A stretch of DNA of 64,000 nucleotides, taken from positions 31,870,001 through 31,934,000 of the forward strand of contig NW_024704743.1 in assembly GCF_018977255.1 (NCBI RefSeq). Reading direction: 5' to 3'. Positions 1 to 10,919 of the stretch are shown in pieces. The position numbers and the translations under genes are program-made. This DNA is from Callorhinchus milii (taxonomy: Eukaryota). The notes below the pieces were generated by a model. That model did no database searches. It was not told where the DNA came from and saw only the letters and a list, made by a program, of their open reading frames with translations. Numbering within the stretch: position 1 is the stretch's first letter; each line of letters opens with the position of its first letter.

Positions 1-126
1 TCTTTGTATTCCTTGTGGTCCAAAATCACAATAATAATAATAATAATAATAATAATATTCCTCGCATTTGATATAGTGCAATAAGGATCATTATACAGAA
101 TTTCTCATTATAAAAATGGAAAGAAA

Positions 127-590
127 ACAACAACAACTTTCATTTATATTGTGCCCTTCATATAGTGACTCGGAGTTTAACAGTGGCTTAGCCTGATGTA
201 GAATCGAGTAGGGGTGGGGAGGTTACCATAAGCACGGTCGAAAGGAAAGGTCTTCAGGCGTGATCTGAAAACAGGGAAGGAAGGCTGAGAGATTGAAGGA
301 GAGAATTCCAAAGTTTCAGGATATAGTGGCTGAATACATAGCCACCATTGTGGACCAAAGGGGACAAGGAACAATCAGGAGGCCAGAGCCACCGAGCAGA
401 GGCTGCAAATGGTGGGGTGGGCAATGAGGAAGTCAGAGAGGTAGGGAGGTGCCAGGGCATGAAGGGATTTGCAGATCAAGTGTGAGGATGTTGAAGTTGA
501 TGGGGAGCCAGTGTAGCCTGACAAGGACTAGTGTGACGAGAGTGTGAAGTTTAGTGTAGGTGTGTACGTAGGTGGCAGAGTTTTAGTTAA
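127..590 (-). mobile_element. L2 LINE 3' fragment (decayed)
   Basis: Minus-strand translation ends ...FRSRLKTFPFDRAY (L2 ORF2 C-terminus motif LKTxLFxxAF); (ttg)n tail at ~127-137. Confidence 0.85.
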
Positions 591-689
591 TATTTTTAAT
601 ATAATATAGATTCAGTATAGATCTAATGTAGATCCAGATAGGGAAGACAGGGAGAAATTTGCTTTCTGGGTGGCCTTAAAACAGAAACA

Positions 690-812
690 TCCCAACAGTC
701 TATGTTGGATTCAAACACAGGGTCTAAAGTTAAAGGACACCAACGCTGACCCCTTAATTTGTGGATTCAAACACAGGGTCTAAAGGTAAAGGACACCAAT
801 GCTAACCCCTTA
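690..812 (-). mobile_element. LF-SINE-like tRNA-derived head, tandemly duplicated (~56-bp unit x2)
   Basis: Direct repeat ggattcaaacacagggtctaaagNtaaaggacaccaa at 707 and 763; the minus strand gives a B-box-like gtttgaatcc preceded by cctttacctttagacc, similar to the head at 43770-43810. Confidence 0.5.
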
Positions 813-2204
813 GTTCATACAGTGCCCTTGAATCTAGCTGAATGCTCTGTAGTAATAATCTTCTCGTGCATAGATTTTCAAATGCAGACGTTCCACTGCT
901 GTCTTCAAATGGCTTATGAATTAATGATAACTTCACTTTTAACCAAACACTGTGGGAGATAGTCCTCTGACATATCTGCCAGCACTCAGACACTGCGCAA
1001 GCTGCTTGAATGCAGGTCTAGGCCTTAGCCATAAATCTACATAACAGATATGATGCCAGTAATAAAAATGATCTGGAGATTGCAAAATGTTTTCTGTCAT
1101 TATGCTCTGTATGTCATACCCCTGTCACAAGCTATTACCATTGCCAGTCATGGAGACATCAGAGCTCTATCTGAAGGCCACAAGAGATAACCAAACACAA
1201 GCTTTTGTACACAATCCAATCTGGAGAGAAGATAAGTAAGACAAGTGAGGGATGCTGACAGTCTGTTGTACGGATGATTAGCACTTTAGCTATTTTACCT
1301 TTGAAATGCTCAGATTTAAAGCCACACTTCTCTTTTGCCAAACTGAATAGTAATAAAAATAAACAGTGCTCCTCATTCTGAATGCATCCCGGTCCAATAT
1401 GTCTCTTTTTAATTACAATTGAAAATAAATTGCGTGGGGAACAGAGCTCTCTGCACGTGTCTGAAAATAGTAGGGCTGATCGAGCAGTCAGAAACGACTC
1501 TGCTAATATGCAGTCAAAGGGATACTTCCTTCACTGAGGAACCTGGGTGACGGGCCAAAGCATACATTATAATGCAGGACAGAATCAAGGTTGAAAAGAA
1601 TAGGAGAAAAAACAATATAAATCAAGAGGTGGTTAGATGACGCCAAGCTTGTGTTTTTAAAAGTCTGTGGATTGTAGGAGGAAAGGAAGACAGCGGGAGG
1701 TGAGGGATTTCACAGTCTTGAGGTTGTGAAAGAATAAATTTGTGTAAGAGACACAGGGAATATTGGAATCTTAGTGCTGCATGGCCTTCACTTTTTTTTT
1801 AAGCTTGCCTTTCCAATGTTTGAAAAGCAAAAACGAATCAAACAAGGAAGGAGCAAATTTAATCACTGACTTTCCCCCATCAGGAGTCTTCTGCAAAGTT
1901 AAGTAACAGCAAAACCTTATGGCTAACATAAAACACTTTTGTTTCTTCTGTGTTTTAATTGAAATTTAAAAATGTTTTTGGGTTTTAATAGCAGAAGTGT
2001 CAGCAGCATCATTGAGACTCTGCTTGGAGTTCTTTATGAGTCTGACCCTGTGTACATTTGTTTACACATGGTTTACACAACTCGTATAATATCTCTGTTA
2101 GTGAGTTGAACGGTGGGTGAGTGCTGATTCAGGATTAATTGCTGACTCTGGAAGATTACATAGCTCACTTCAGGATACTCATTACCTGGATCCATATACA
2201 GCAT

Positions 2205-2699
2205 ATATTCTTCTGATCAACTGTCTGATACCTGTGCAAACCTACACCATGCTTAAGTGGATCCAAACCAGACTGAGAGTTCCACTATGTATGCCACCTA
2301 CACATGGCAATGTTCCTGTGTCTAGAATGGAATATGCACTTCCTCCCTGGAGGATGCACACTGCTTTCTAATTCTAGAGAGTGTTAGGTGCAGAATGGCG
2401 AGGACCAAGACTTGGGGAGCTCAGAGTGCGTGTTGGGGTAACTGCTGGACAAGCAATAGAAAGCTTGCTAGTCTGTGCTCACAATGATTTTAGTTTTCTA
2501 ATGCTTGTCCTGCTAGGACACCCTACCTATTAGGGCTTTGGTTTGCAGTGTCAACAGGCCAAATGGGAACAATGTTTGCCCAGTACTGGTCTACCCCTTC
2601 AAGTGCTGCTGATGAGCCAGGCTGACTAGTCTCTCATCAGCAATACAGTGAATTACTGTGGAGCCACTTTGCTTAGGTGCCAGAAAACCGAGACTGCAA
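2205..2699 (-). mobile_element. Unclassified ~490-bp repeat ('family X'), full-length copy A
   Basis: Colinear with 7144-7612 (shared blocks aaaccaRactgagagttccac, ctccctggagg, tgctgatgagccaggctg, accgagactgc). Strand inferred from the A-rich end. Confidence 0.8.
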
Positions 2700-3245
2700 T
2701 AAAGGATTGATTCAATTCCACCATTCTGTTCCCAAGCTCGTCGCTTAGGGTCATCAGCCCCAAGGAAACCCCACTTATCATCCACATCAAATATCGAACA
2801 AGGTGGGTGACTATGGTCAACATTCGCCTTGCTCCCTTGTCTCCTCCCCTCCCCCCCCCCCCCCGCCCCCCCCCCAAAAAAATAGAGGGGTACGTTCAGT
2901 GAGTCCCCAATCAACTCTTACACAGATCTTGGAGGTGAAATTTGCACCCTGAATAAAATCCAAGATTTAGGATTGTCTTGTGTAATTTTGATTCCTTACT
3001 GAGTAAGGTTTGTGTTATCGAGGGATTTAGAAAGGATGAAGAGGGAAAAATAGTTTTAAAATTTCTGAGGAACAACAACAACAACAACAAGTTACCTTTC
3101 TCAGTGGAAAGACATCTCAGAGTGCATCACTGAGCCCACTGGAAGTCAGAGCTGGGGATTGGGGAACTGAGGAAGGTGATCAAAAGCGCGATTGAAAAGA
3201 CAGGTCTTAAAACAGGCCATAAAGTTGGCAAGGGAGAGAGGCAAG

Positions 3246-3577
3246 GTGGAGTCCTGTAGCTCAGTGGTTAGAGCACTCGCTTTGCAAGTGAGAGACCTGA
3301 GTTCAATTCCAGGCAGAGGGCGAAACCTTGGGCAAGTTTCCTTACTCCACACGCCTAATAATAATCCCTCTAAAACCAAAAACAATAATAAATTGGTCAT
3401 TTACAATCTACGACTGTTAGTGGGACATTGCTGTGCGCAATTGGCTGCCGCATTCGCCCACAAATATACAGTCAATTCACTTTACAGTGTGTTCTGTGAA
3501 GCGCTTTGGGACGTCCTCCCGACGTGAAAAGCGCTATATCAAATGCAAGGATTATTATTATTATTATTATTATTATT
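3246..3577 (+). mobile_element. Young tRNA(Ala)-derived SINE, short subfamily, full length, inserted into an L2 fragment
   Basis: A box tagctcagtgg, anticodon arm ctcgc-tttgcaa-gtgag (TGC), B box gttcaattcc, Deu-like body tgtgggacattgctgtgcgcaattggctgccgc, L2-like 3' stem-loop, (tta)n tail; aaggtgg repeated at 3243-3249 and 3578-3584; L2 remnants on both sides (3071-3245, ~3580-3640). Confidence 0.95.
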
Positions 3578-5254
3578 AAGGTGGGGGGTCTCTGGGATGG
3601 CTGAATAATTGGAGGTTTGCCCACCAATGATGGGGTAGGGTAGATGAGTAAATGGTTGATTGAGTCTGAGCAGTCCTTGGATCCTTCATAATAATAATCG
3701 TTCTCAGGTATTCGGCGAGCTTGCGAAGGACTCCACTCACACTCCAGATGGCAGTTTTCTTTTTCTTTAGTGCCTCTGCTCAGCCTGGATTGTAAAACAA
3801 CAATCGGTGATTCACTGTAGTCTTGAGGGATTAGGTACAAAAGATTTGATAATTGCAAAATAAAACAGAAACATCCAGCCAAGGAAAACATAGCCCTGCA
3901 GCACTGCTAAAAACATGTTAAACTTTCAATGACTCCAGACAATCAAACAAAGTCACTGCATTTGCTAGAATTTCCACTGTTGCCCAATCGAATTAAAGGA
4001 AAGAGAAGGGAATTTCTCGATGTCCTGGTTAACAATGCCCCAGATTAAATTGATCATTCACCTCATGATTGTCTGTGGGACATTGCTGTGTGCCAATTGC
4101 TGTGGCTACCGTGTTCACTGATAAAATACATAATCACTACACTTTACAGGATTCACTGTAAAGTGTCTCAAAGCACTTCAAAGTATATTTTGTGAATCTT
4201 GTAATGCGGTTTGAGACGTCCTTCCAATGTGAAGTGCATTATGCCAAATGTAACAATTATTAATAGTAGTAATAATAATTCCAAAAATGCATCTGATGCT
4301 GGTTTCTCACACAATGGAATTCCAATTACTCACTCACCTATTTTCATTCATTTCAGTAATATTTTTGAAGCCTTTGGGGAAAATTCAAACCCAGTTGTAT
4401 TTTTAAGATTAACAGGTTCCAACCACTGAAATAAAACATGAGAAAATAACTAAAACTAGAAGCTCTCCATAGCTCTTTACGTCTCTGGTTACGTAACCTC
4501 AATTAAGTATTCAGGGCTGTTTCCCTGGTGAATGGGCTCCGCTGGTTCTTAGCCAAAATACTTGAAGGAATGTCTCATGCCAGCTGAGTGCCCAAATTGG
4601 AGAAGAGAAGGAAGGGTGACATCGACAGGGGATGGAGGTCACTGCTTAAAGCGTCACTCATATGTGAAACAATACTAACAACAGACAAACATTAAACAGC
4701 TATGATTATCCTGCTCTCTCACCTGAAAAGCAGAGAGATGAAGGATTGCAGGAGAAACTGCTATAAAAATATCCCCCAGTTAGCAATCAGTGGTTTAGAT
4801 TGCAGTGAATGCTCTAGGGTGCCAGTCAATGCTTTCCTGCAAACATTTATATTTCCCACACTCCATAAAGACTGTGCTGGTAATGTTATGTTTCTGATTC
4901 GAAAGCAGATTCAGGTCTTTTTTTTCCCTCTAACTTCCGCCTCTGCTGGCCTGAAGTTGTTGCCTCTCACGCAGTTACAGGGCATGCTCCAGTACCTCTT
5001 GTATGGGTCCCGACAGGGAGCGTCCTCAGGCTATTCCACTTTGTGAGGAGAGGCTCTGAGAGGATGGGGAAGGGTTGGAAGACACCAAGATAAACAAGCC
5101 TTACCCGAATGGGGTAAAGGGGACAGGAGAAGTTTACTGGATAGCCATACAGGAACAGAACTTCTTTCCGTTTTTCCCCAAAGAAGCCCAAGAGGCGCAC
5201 TCTGACACACTTGACAATAGGCCATAATATAGATTTATTTATTTGTAACATTTG

Positions 5255-5493
5255 AGGGGAGAAATTCTACCCGGGTCTAGATTTACTTTAACTTTCGAGT
5301 ATTTTAGAACATATGGAATTTGGATAATTCTTAAATTCAGTCTTAAATCGAAAGCCATTTTTATGTAAGTTTCTTTCAAGAAACTGCTGTACAGAAAAAC
5401 AGGCTTCAGAGTTATGACTGATTTGACTAAATTTATCAGATTCTTGATACAACATAAATGGAACAAATCTTGATCCAGGTGAAATTTGTACCC
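5255..5493. mobile_element. MITE with degenerate ~29-bp terminal inverted repeats
   Basis: Left end ggggagaaattctacccgggtctagattt versus reverse complement of right end gggtacaaatttcacctggatcaagattt; related copy at ~43087-43270 and lone ends at ~34988-35015 and ~2933-2950. Confidence 0.6.
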
Positions 5494-6004
5494 ATTGGTG
5501 TGCAAATATCATTGCAGTTTTTGTCAAGTGGGTCCCACAGTCAATTGTTAAGAGCAAAATGTTTTTTTCCCGAATTCAAAATGTTGTGTTCATTAATCGA
5601 CTTTCCAGTCACCAGCTGTTCTCTACGAGCTCTCACCCTATCTGCACAGTGTCACATCCTATTCCTTCCAAAAAGAACTGGAGCGAAATGTTGTTCCCAG
5701 TTAGTTGTCGATGACATTGTTGCTGTCTGAGAGTGGGGTCATCCCATTGCTAAGAGTGGACCCATTCTCCTCATATGAAGGCACAAAATATCCTCTCACC
5801 ATCGCCCTCTGATGGTCGAGCCAAAGTTGAGAACTCAAAACACCAAGGGTATTGAGGTGAAGCTTCCAGTGTTTCTTCACATGATTCTGACTTGTAGGGA
5901 ACAGCCCAATCTATTTTTGGAGTGGATTTTCCTTCAGTTGGAGTTAGATGTGGGATGTATTTACAGTTATCAGAATAAAACCCCACTCAGATTTCCAGCT
6001 TGAA

Positions 6005-7075
6005 AACAACAACAAGATTACAGTTGTATAGCGCCTTTCACGTAGGGAGGATGTCCCAAGGCACTGGACAATGTACAGCATTTCAGACACGAGCTGGGGT
6101 CAGGGAGGGAGAAGGGAGGGGAGGGGAAGGGGGGTGACCAATGGCATGGTCGAAGAGGAGGGTTTTAAGCCGGGACTTGCAGGAGGCTGATGAGGGGGTG
6201 AGGCAGAGTGATTGGGGGATGGAATTCCAGACGTTGGGGCAGAGTGGCTAAAGGCTCTCGCGCCAATGGTGGGGCAGGTTGGTCGGGGGATTTGGAGCAG
6301 GCTGAGCAGAGGGAGCGGGCAGGTTGGTAGGGAGTTAGGAGGTTGCAGAGGTAGGGTGGGGCGAGGCCATGGAGGGCTTTGTATGTGAGGACATGGGCTG
6401 CAGAGTTCTAGATTATCTGCAGCCTGTGCAGGGAGGAGTTGGGAAGGCCGACAAGCAGGGGTTTGCATAGTCGAGCCTGGAGGTGATGAAGGCACGAACA
6501 AGAGTTTCAGCGGCCTGAGGGGTGAGGTAGTGGTGGTCGGGCGATGTTACGGATGATGTCACCAAGGGAGAGCATGTAGATATTAAAGAGGAGAGGGCCA
6601 AGGACAGAGCTCTGGGAGACGCCAGATGTGACAGTGCGGGGGATGGAGGAGAAACTGTTAGAGGCAACAAAATGGAGATGGTGAGAGAGATAGGATTCGA
6701 TCCAGGCAAGGGCAGATCCGCGAAGATTAAATAAAGAGGAGAGGAGGTGTATGAGGATGGAGTGGTCGACAGTGTCGAAGGCAGCAGAGAGGTCGAGGAG
6801 GACAAGAAGGCTGAGGGAGCCCTGATCACAGATGCTCAGAATGGCATTAATGACTTTGACCAGGGCTGTTTCCGTGCTGTGGGCAGCGTGGAAGCCGGAT
6901 TGGAGGGGTTCAAAGAGGGAATGGCGAGAGAGAAAGGAACAGAGCAGGGACGTGACGACTCATTCCAGGACCTTGGAGAGGAATGGGAGGTTAGAGATGG
7001 GGCGGTAGCTGGAGAGGAGGGATGGGTCCAGGGAAGATTTTTTCAGGATAGGTGTGATGACAGCTGTTTTTAGAA
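6005..7075 (-). mobile_element. L2 LINE, 5'-truncated with internal deletions (RT pseudogene)
   Basis: Broken frames give [38 protein letters not shown] and AETLVRAFITSRLDY; (ttg)n tail at 6005-6015; the YADD region is deleted. Confidence 0.93.
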
Positions 7076-7143
7076 AGGAAAAACTAAAAGTTTCTAAAAA
7101 CTAAAAGTTTTTAGAAAGAAAGAAAATAAGAAATTTCAGCAAC

Positions 7144-7612
7144 TTTTTGCTTTGATCAGCCGGGTGTCTGACACATGCGGAAACCTACCATCACGTTTGA
7201 GAGCATCAAAACCAAACTGAGAGTTCCACCCATGGAAATTCGAGAGACAACTTCTTGGAATGGAATGTGCACTCTCTCCCTGGAGGGACACCTCCTGCTT
7301 GCCTAATTCCGGAAAGTATTAGGCGCAGGTTGGCAGGAGCCAAGGCCTGGGGTCCCAAGAGTGTCTGCTGGAGTCTAACCAGCTAAACCGCAAAAAGCTT
7401 GCCATTGAGAGCACTTGCCCAGCTAAGATTACCCTACGCGTTAGGGATTTGGCTTGCAGGGTTAGTAGAAGTTGAGTGGGAGGATTCCCTGCCCCCAGTG
7501 ACTGGTCTGCCCTTCCAAGTCCTGCTGATGAGCCAGGCTGGCTGTGCGGTCATCAGCAATTCCCTACAATACTGCGGAACCACCAGGAACCGGACTACCG
7601 AGACTGCCACAA
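7144..7612 (-). mobile_element. Family X full-length copy B
   Basis: Colinear with copy A; T-run on + at 7144-7153; internal inverted repeat tgctgatga/tcatcagca at 7523-7558. Confidence 0.8.
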
Positions 7613-8319
7613 TGTGATAAGTATGTTGAATCTGTGCAGAAAAATCTGGATTTCAGTCAATTATTATCAATAGTTTGATAATGTGATCACGAACACATAG
7701 ACATGCGTTGTATTCTATGGAATGACCATACACGTACAGACAAATCAATTGCAGAACAGTAATTATTTACAGAACAGGGATTCTTATTCTTACTCTTGTA
7801 CCTTGAGAATACAGATAGCACAGAAGGATTGGGGTCAAATTTTCAAGTTTAATACCATGATGTTGACTTATGGGGAACTTCAAATCAACCTATTTTTGAG
7901 TGGGTTCCCTCCCATTTTTTGACTGGAAGTCAAGGTTACAGATATTGAATAATTGCCATCATGACTTTCCATTCTTGCCCTGATTCATATCTAACCCATA
8001 AAACATCACAAGACATCTCTGCTAAACTAGAGACAGCTGTCTGAAGTTAGAGCTTTAACATGCCATCAGTTGCTGTTGATTTAGTTTATAATGTAATATT
8101 TCAGGTTTACACCCTTATTTCTTTTCTGCTTCACGTCCATCAAAGTTTTTATCAGCTAAATTCAGTGTAGTTCACCCACTTCAGTAACTCTGCTTTTCTC
8201 GGAGAGAAAATAATCATACAAGGCTGAAAATCCACTGGAGTTCTGTCAGAGGCTGAACTCTGTGGTAGAATTTAATATTAGCATCAATAGGATGAGAGGT
8301 TAATGGTTATTCTTAGAAG

Positions 8320-8537
8320 GATAGAATCATTGAATCATAGCACAAATTACAGCACAAAAAGAGGCCATTTGGCTCATCGTGCCTGTGCTTGCCCTTTGAA
8401 AGAGCTATCCAACTAGTCCCACTCCCCACCTTTTCCCCCATAGCCTTGCAATTTTTTTTCGTTTTCAAGTATTGTTCTCTTTTCAATTCCCTTTTGAAAG
8501 TTATTATTCAATCTTCTTCCACCACCCTTTCAGGCAT
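8320..8537 (-). mobile_element. CR1 LINE 3' end
   Basis: atagaatcat-type tail repeat followed by acagcacaaaaagaggccatttggc, typical of a CR1 3'UTR read in reverse. Confidence 0.75.
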
Positions 8538-9619
8538 GAAAAAAAATATTAATTCGGTCACTTAATCCACAACTGTTTGTGGGACACTGCTGTGAGCCAT
8601 TGGCTTCTGCGATTCGCCCACAAAACATACAGTCAGTTCACTTTACAGTATATTTTGTGAAGCGCTTTGAGACGTCTAGAAGACATGATCTTTCAATCTG
8701 TCTAACTTTGTTCCAGATGGTGTCATTTTCCGAAACACCCTTCACTGTGTGCAAACATTCAAATATATTGTTTCAAAATACAGCATTTGCAAATTGGAAG
8801 TTTCTGTACCAATTAGCAGCTTCTGATTTGCATTTGACATTGCAAGATTCGCTGTGAAATCTGACAAAAAAATCAGGAAAAAGCATTCTGATTCCAAAAC
8901 CTGGCATCAGTAGTTTTGGAGCTGACAGTTTGTTGGAGTTTGAGATTGTTCTAGGCTGAAAGATAAACCTCTCTGGCACTTTCAAACTCATACTGTACTT
9001 TGTTATGCTAGTTGATCCATCACTTAGTGTCTTCTTGCTTGATTTTGCTTCTTAATTTGAGTTAGCCTAGTTTTTTTTGTCTACCAGGTATGAAACATGC
9101 AGAACCCCATCATCATGTGAGCTGAGGTAAGGTCCTGGACTATGTGAGCTTCTCATAGATCCTGCTCATTTTGTGAGCAATACAATTAATATATGTTTTA
9201 AACATTTTAAAAACACAACTTTTTTTCAGTAAAAGTTTAACATCCTGAAGTAACCAATTTTATTTAGGGGATTGTTGACCAGGACATTAGGAGAAACATT
9301 CTCCTCTTTTCGAAAAGTGCCATGGGATCTTTAACACCCACCTGAAAAGGCAAACAGGGGTTTCAGTTTACGGTCTCATTTGAAGTCATCCAGTCATTCC
9401 AGTCATCTTGGATGTTTTCGGACCACTTCCTATATCAACAGGTTTTGTGAGTTTCAACTGTGCCAACACAACACAACACCATATATCTTTTTGGAAGAAG
9501 AAACCTGTAGGTATTTTTGGCAACAAATAAAACACAATGTGATCCATTTTTACTACTTTTATGCACATAAAACTTTCCCAAAACTTTTGCACCCAATGTT
9601 CCCCCTTTTGCTTTTCATT

Positions 9620-9860
9620 TCACAAAAGCTTCAGATGATCCCATTTGATCTCATGCTTCCAAACACTCACTCTACTATCTTCCTCATTACTGCATCAAGC
9701 TGCTTCTAAAGTGATTCCAGTGTCCTGGTCTCAACCACCCTCGTTGCTACTTCCTAGTATCTGTCCTGAAATTGCCCTTGATGATCCCAAACATCCTAAA
9801 CATGTGCCCTCTTGTTCTCCTGCCTTGATGTAAAAATATTGTTCCCAGTTTACTTTCTAT
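9620..9860 (-). mobile_element. CR1 LINE 3' fragment
   Basis: Similar to the reverse of 28690-28960 (caagctgcttctaaa...cctaaacatgtgccctcttgttct). Confidence 0.65.
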
Positions 9861-9861
9861 T

Positions 9862-10105
9862 TCATGGATGCCAGCACCCTGCATGACTTTGCACAAATGG
9901 CCACTCTTTATGTTTGAATCGAAGCATTAAGTGCCAACAAGACCCAGTGAACCATGGAAGGGATTGTATTTCAGCTTGATCCCTTCTTCGCTGGCTAGTG
10001 ATCAGGAACGATGAGAGCCCTGGGTGATATCCCCCCTCTAGCCTGATCCCTTGGAAGTCACTGTAGTGGCCCACCACAGGCCTATCTGAAATTAGCTCTA
10101 ACCAA
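9862..10105 (-). mobile_element. AmnSINE2-like ancient SINE fragment
   Basis: Minus strand agctaatttcag...cactaca...ggctagagggggga...cagggctc...ttcctgatcactagccag...gagtggccatttg follows the block order of the AmnSINE2 consensus as I recall it; overlaps in sequence with 26740-26928. Confidence 0.55.
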
Positions 10106-10919
10106 TCACCAAATTGTTCTGCGCATCTCTTTCTAGTGAAATGTTTCTTGAGACTACACAATTGTTTGCTACGACCAACCCCATCAATCTTCTCTAACCA
10201 CAATTATTCATCACATCAACTCCCTGTCATGCCTCATTCTTGTTAGCTGGGAGTGTCACCTTTCATACTTCTATTCAGGTACTGAATGCTGTACCATATA
10301 TGGAAGTTTTCTCAATTCAATGCTAAACCCAAAATAAATATATGTTTTTATTTCCTCTGTTTAGAGGTGCAGAGGACAATAATTAACTGCTGGAAGTGGT
10401 GACATAAGGAGATACTGAAAGGTTCTCATCCATGGAGTTGTCCAATATGATTCTTCAACAGAATAAGTGCCACAACTTCACAGTAAAAAGCATCACTCAC
10501 ATCATCCCGACAACACCAATCTCAGTTTTAATTTTGGTATAGCCGAACCGTGGCCACAAAGAAGATTCAGTTTCAGAGGGTGAACCTGAGATAGACTCAG
10601 GTATCCACAGGTTGTACTATTGACAAATCCTTCTGTGAATCTCACAATAGCTTTTCTATTCCAGTTTGCATTATTTATACAATACTCCAATTTCGCCCAC
10701 AAAATATTCACTTTACAGTATATTCTGTGAAGTGCTTTGAGAAGTCTCAAAGATGTGCTAAGGCGCTATATCAAATGCAAGGATTATTATTATTATTGTT
10801 ACTATTCAACCTCACAATACAATGAGGACTGACCTGCCAACATCCTGAAAAAAGTTGCCACAGGGAATATGTCCTTTAAGAAGGATGCTGAGAGGTAGGT
10901 TGAGTGAATTCCCCTTGTT

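Noticed and set aside
2843..2882. Poly-C then poly-A tract with G4/i-motif potential
   Set aside because: Simple homopolymer with no CpG-island or promoter context.
3246..3320. tRNA-Ala(TGC) genes at the SINE heads
   Set aside because: The acceptor stem does not pair and there is no Pol III terminator after the cloverleaf; each head continues into a SINE body and tail.
7523..7558. Hammerhead ribozyme in family X (CTGATGA plus a GCCA/TGGC stem)
   Set aside because: No GAAA follows stem II in any copy, and CTGATGA is sequestered by the downstream TCATCAG.
7144..7612. Telomerase RNA retrocopy (similar length; ctaaccct on the minus strand of copy B)
   Set aside because: Other copies read ttaaccct, ttaacctt or ttgacact; no pseudoknot or H/ACA motifs are recognisable.
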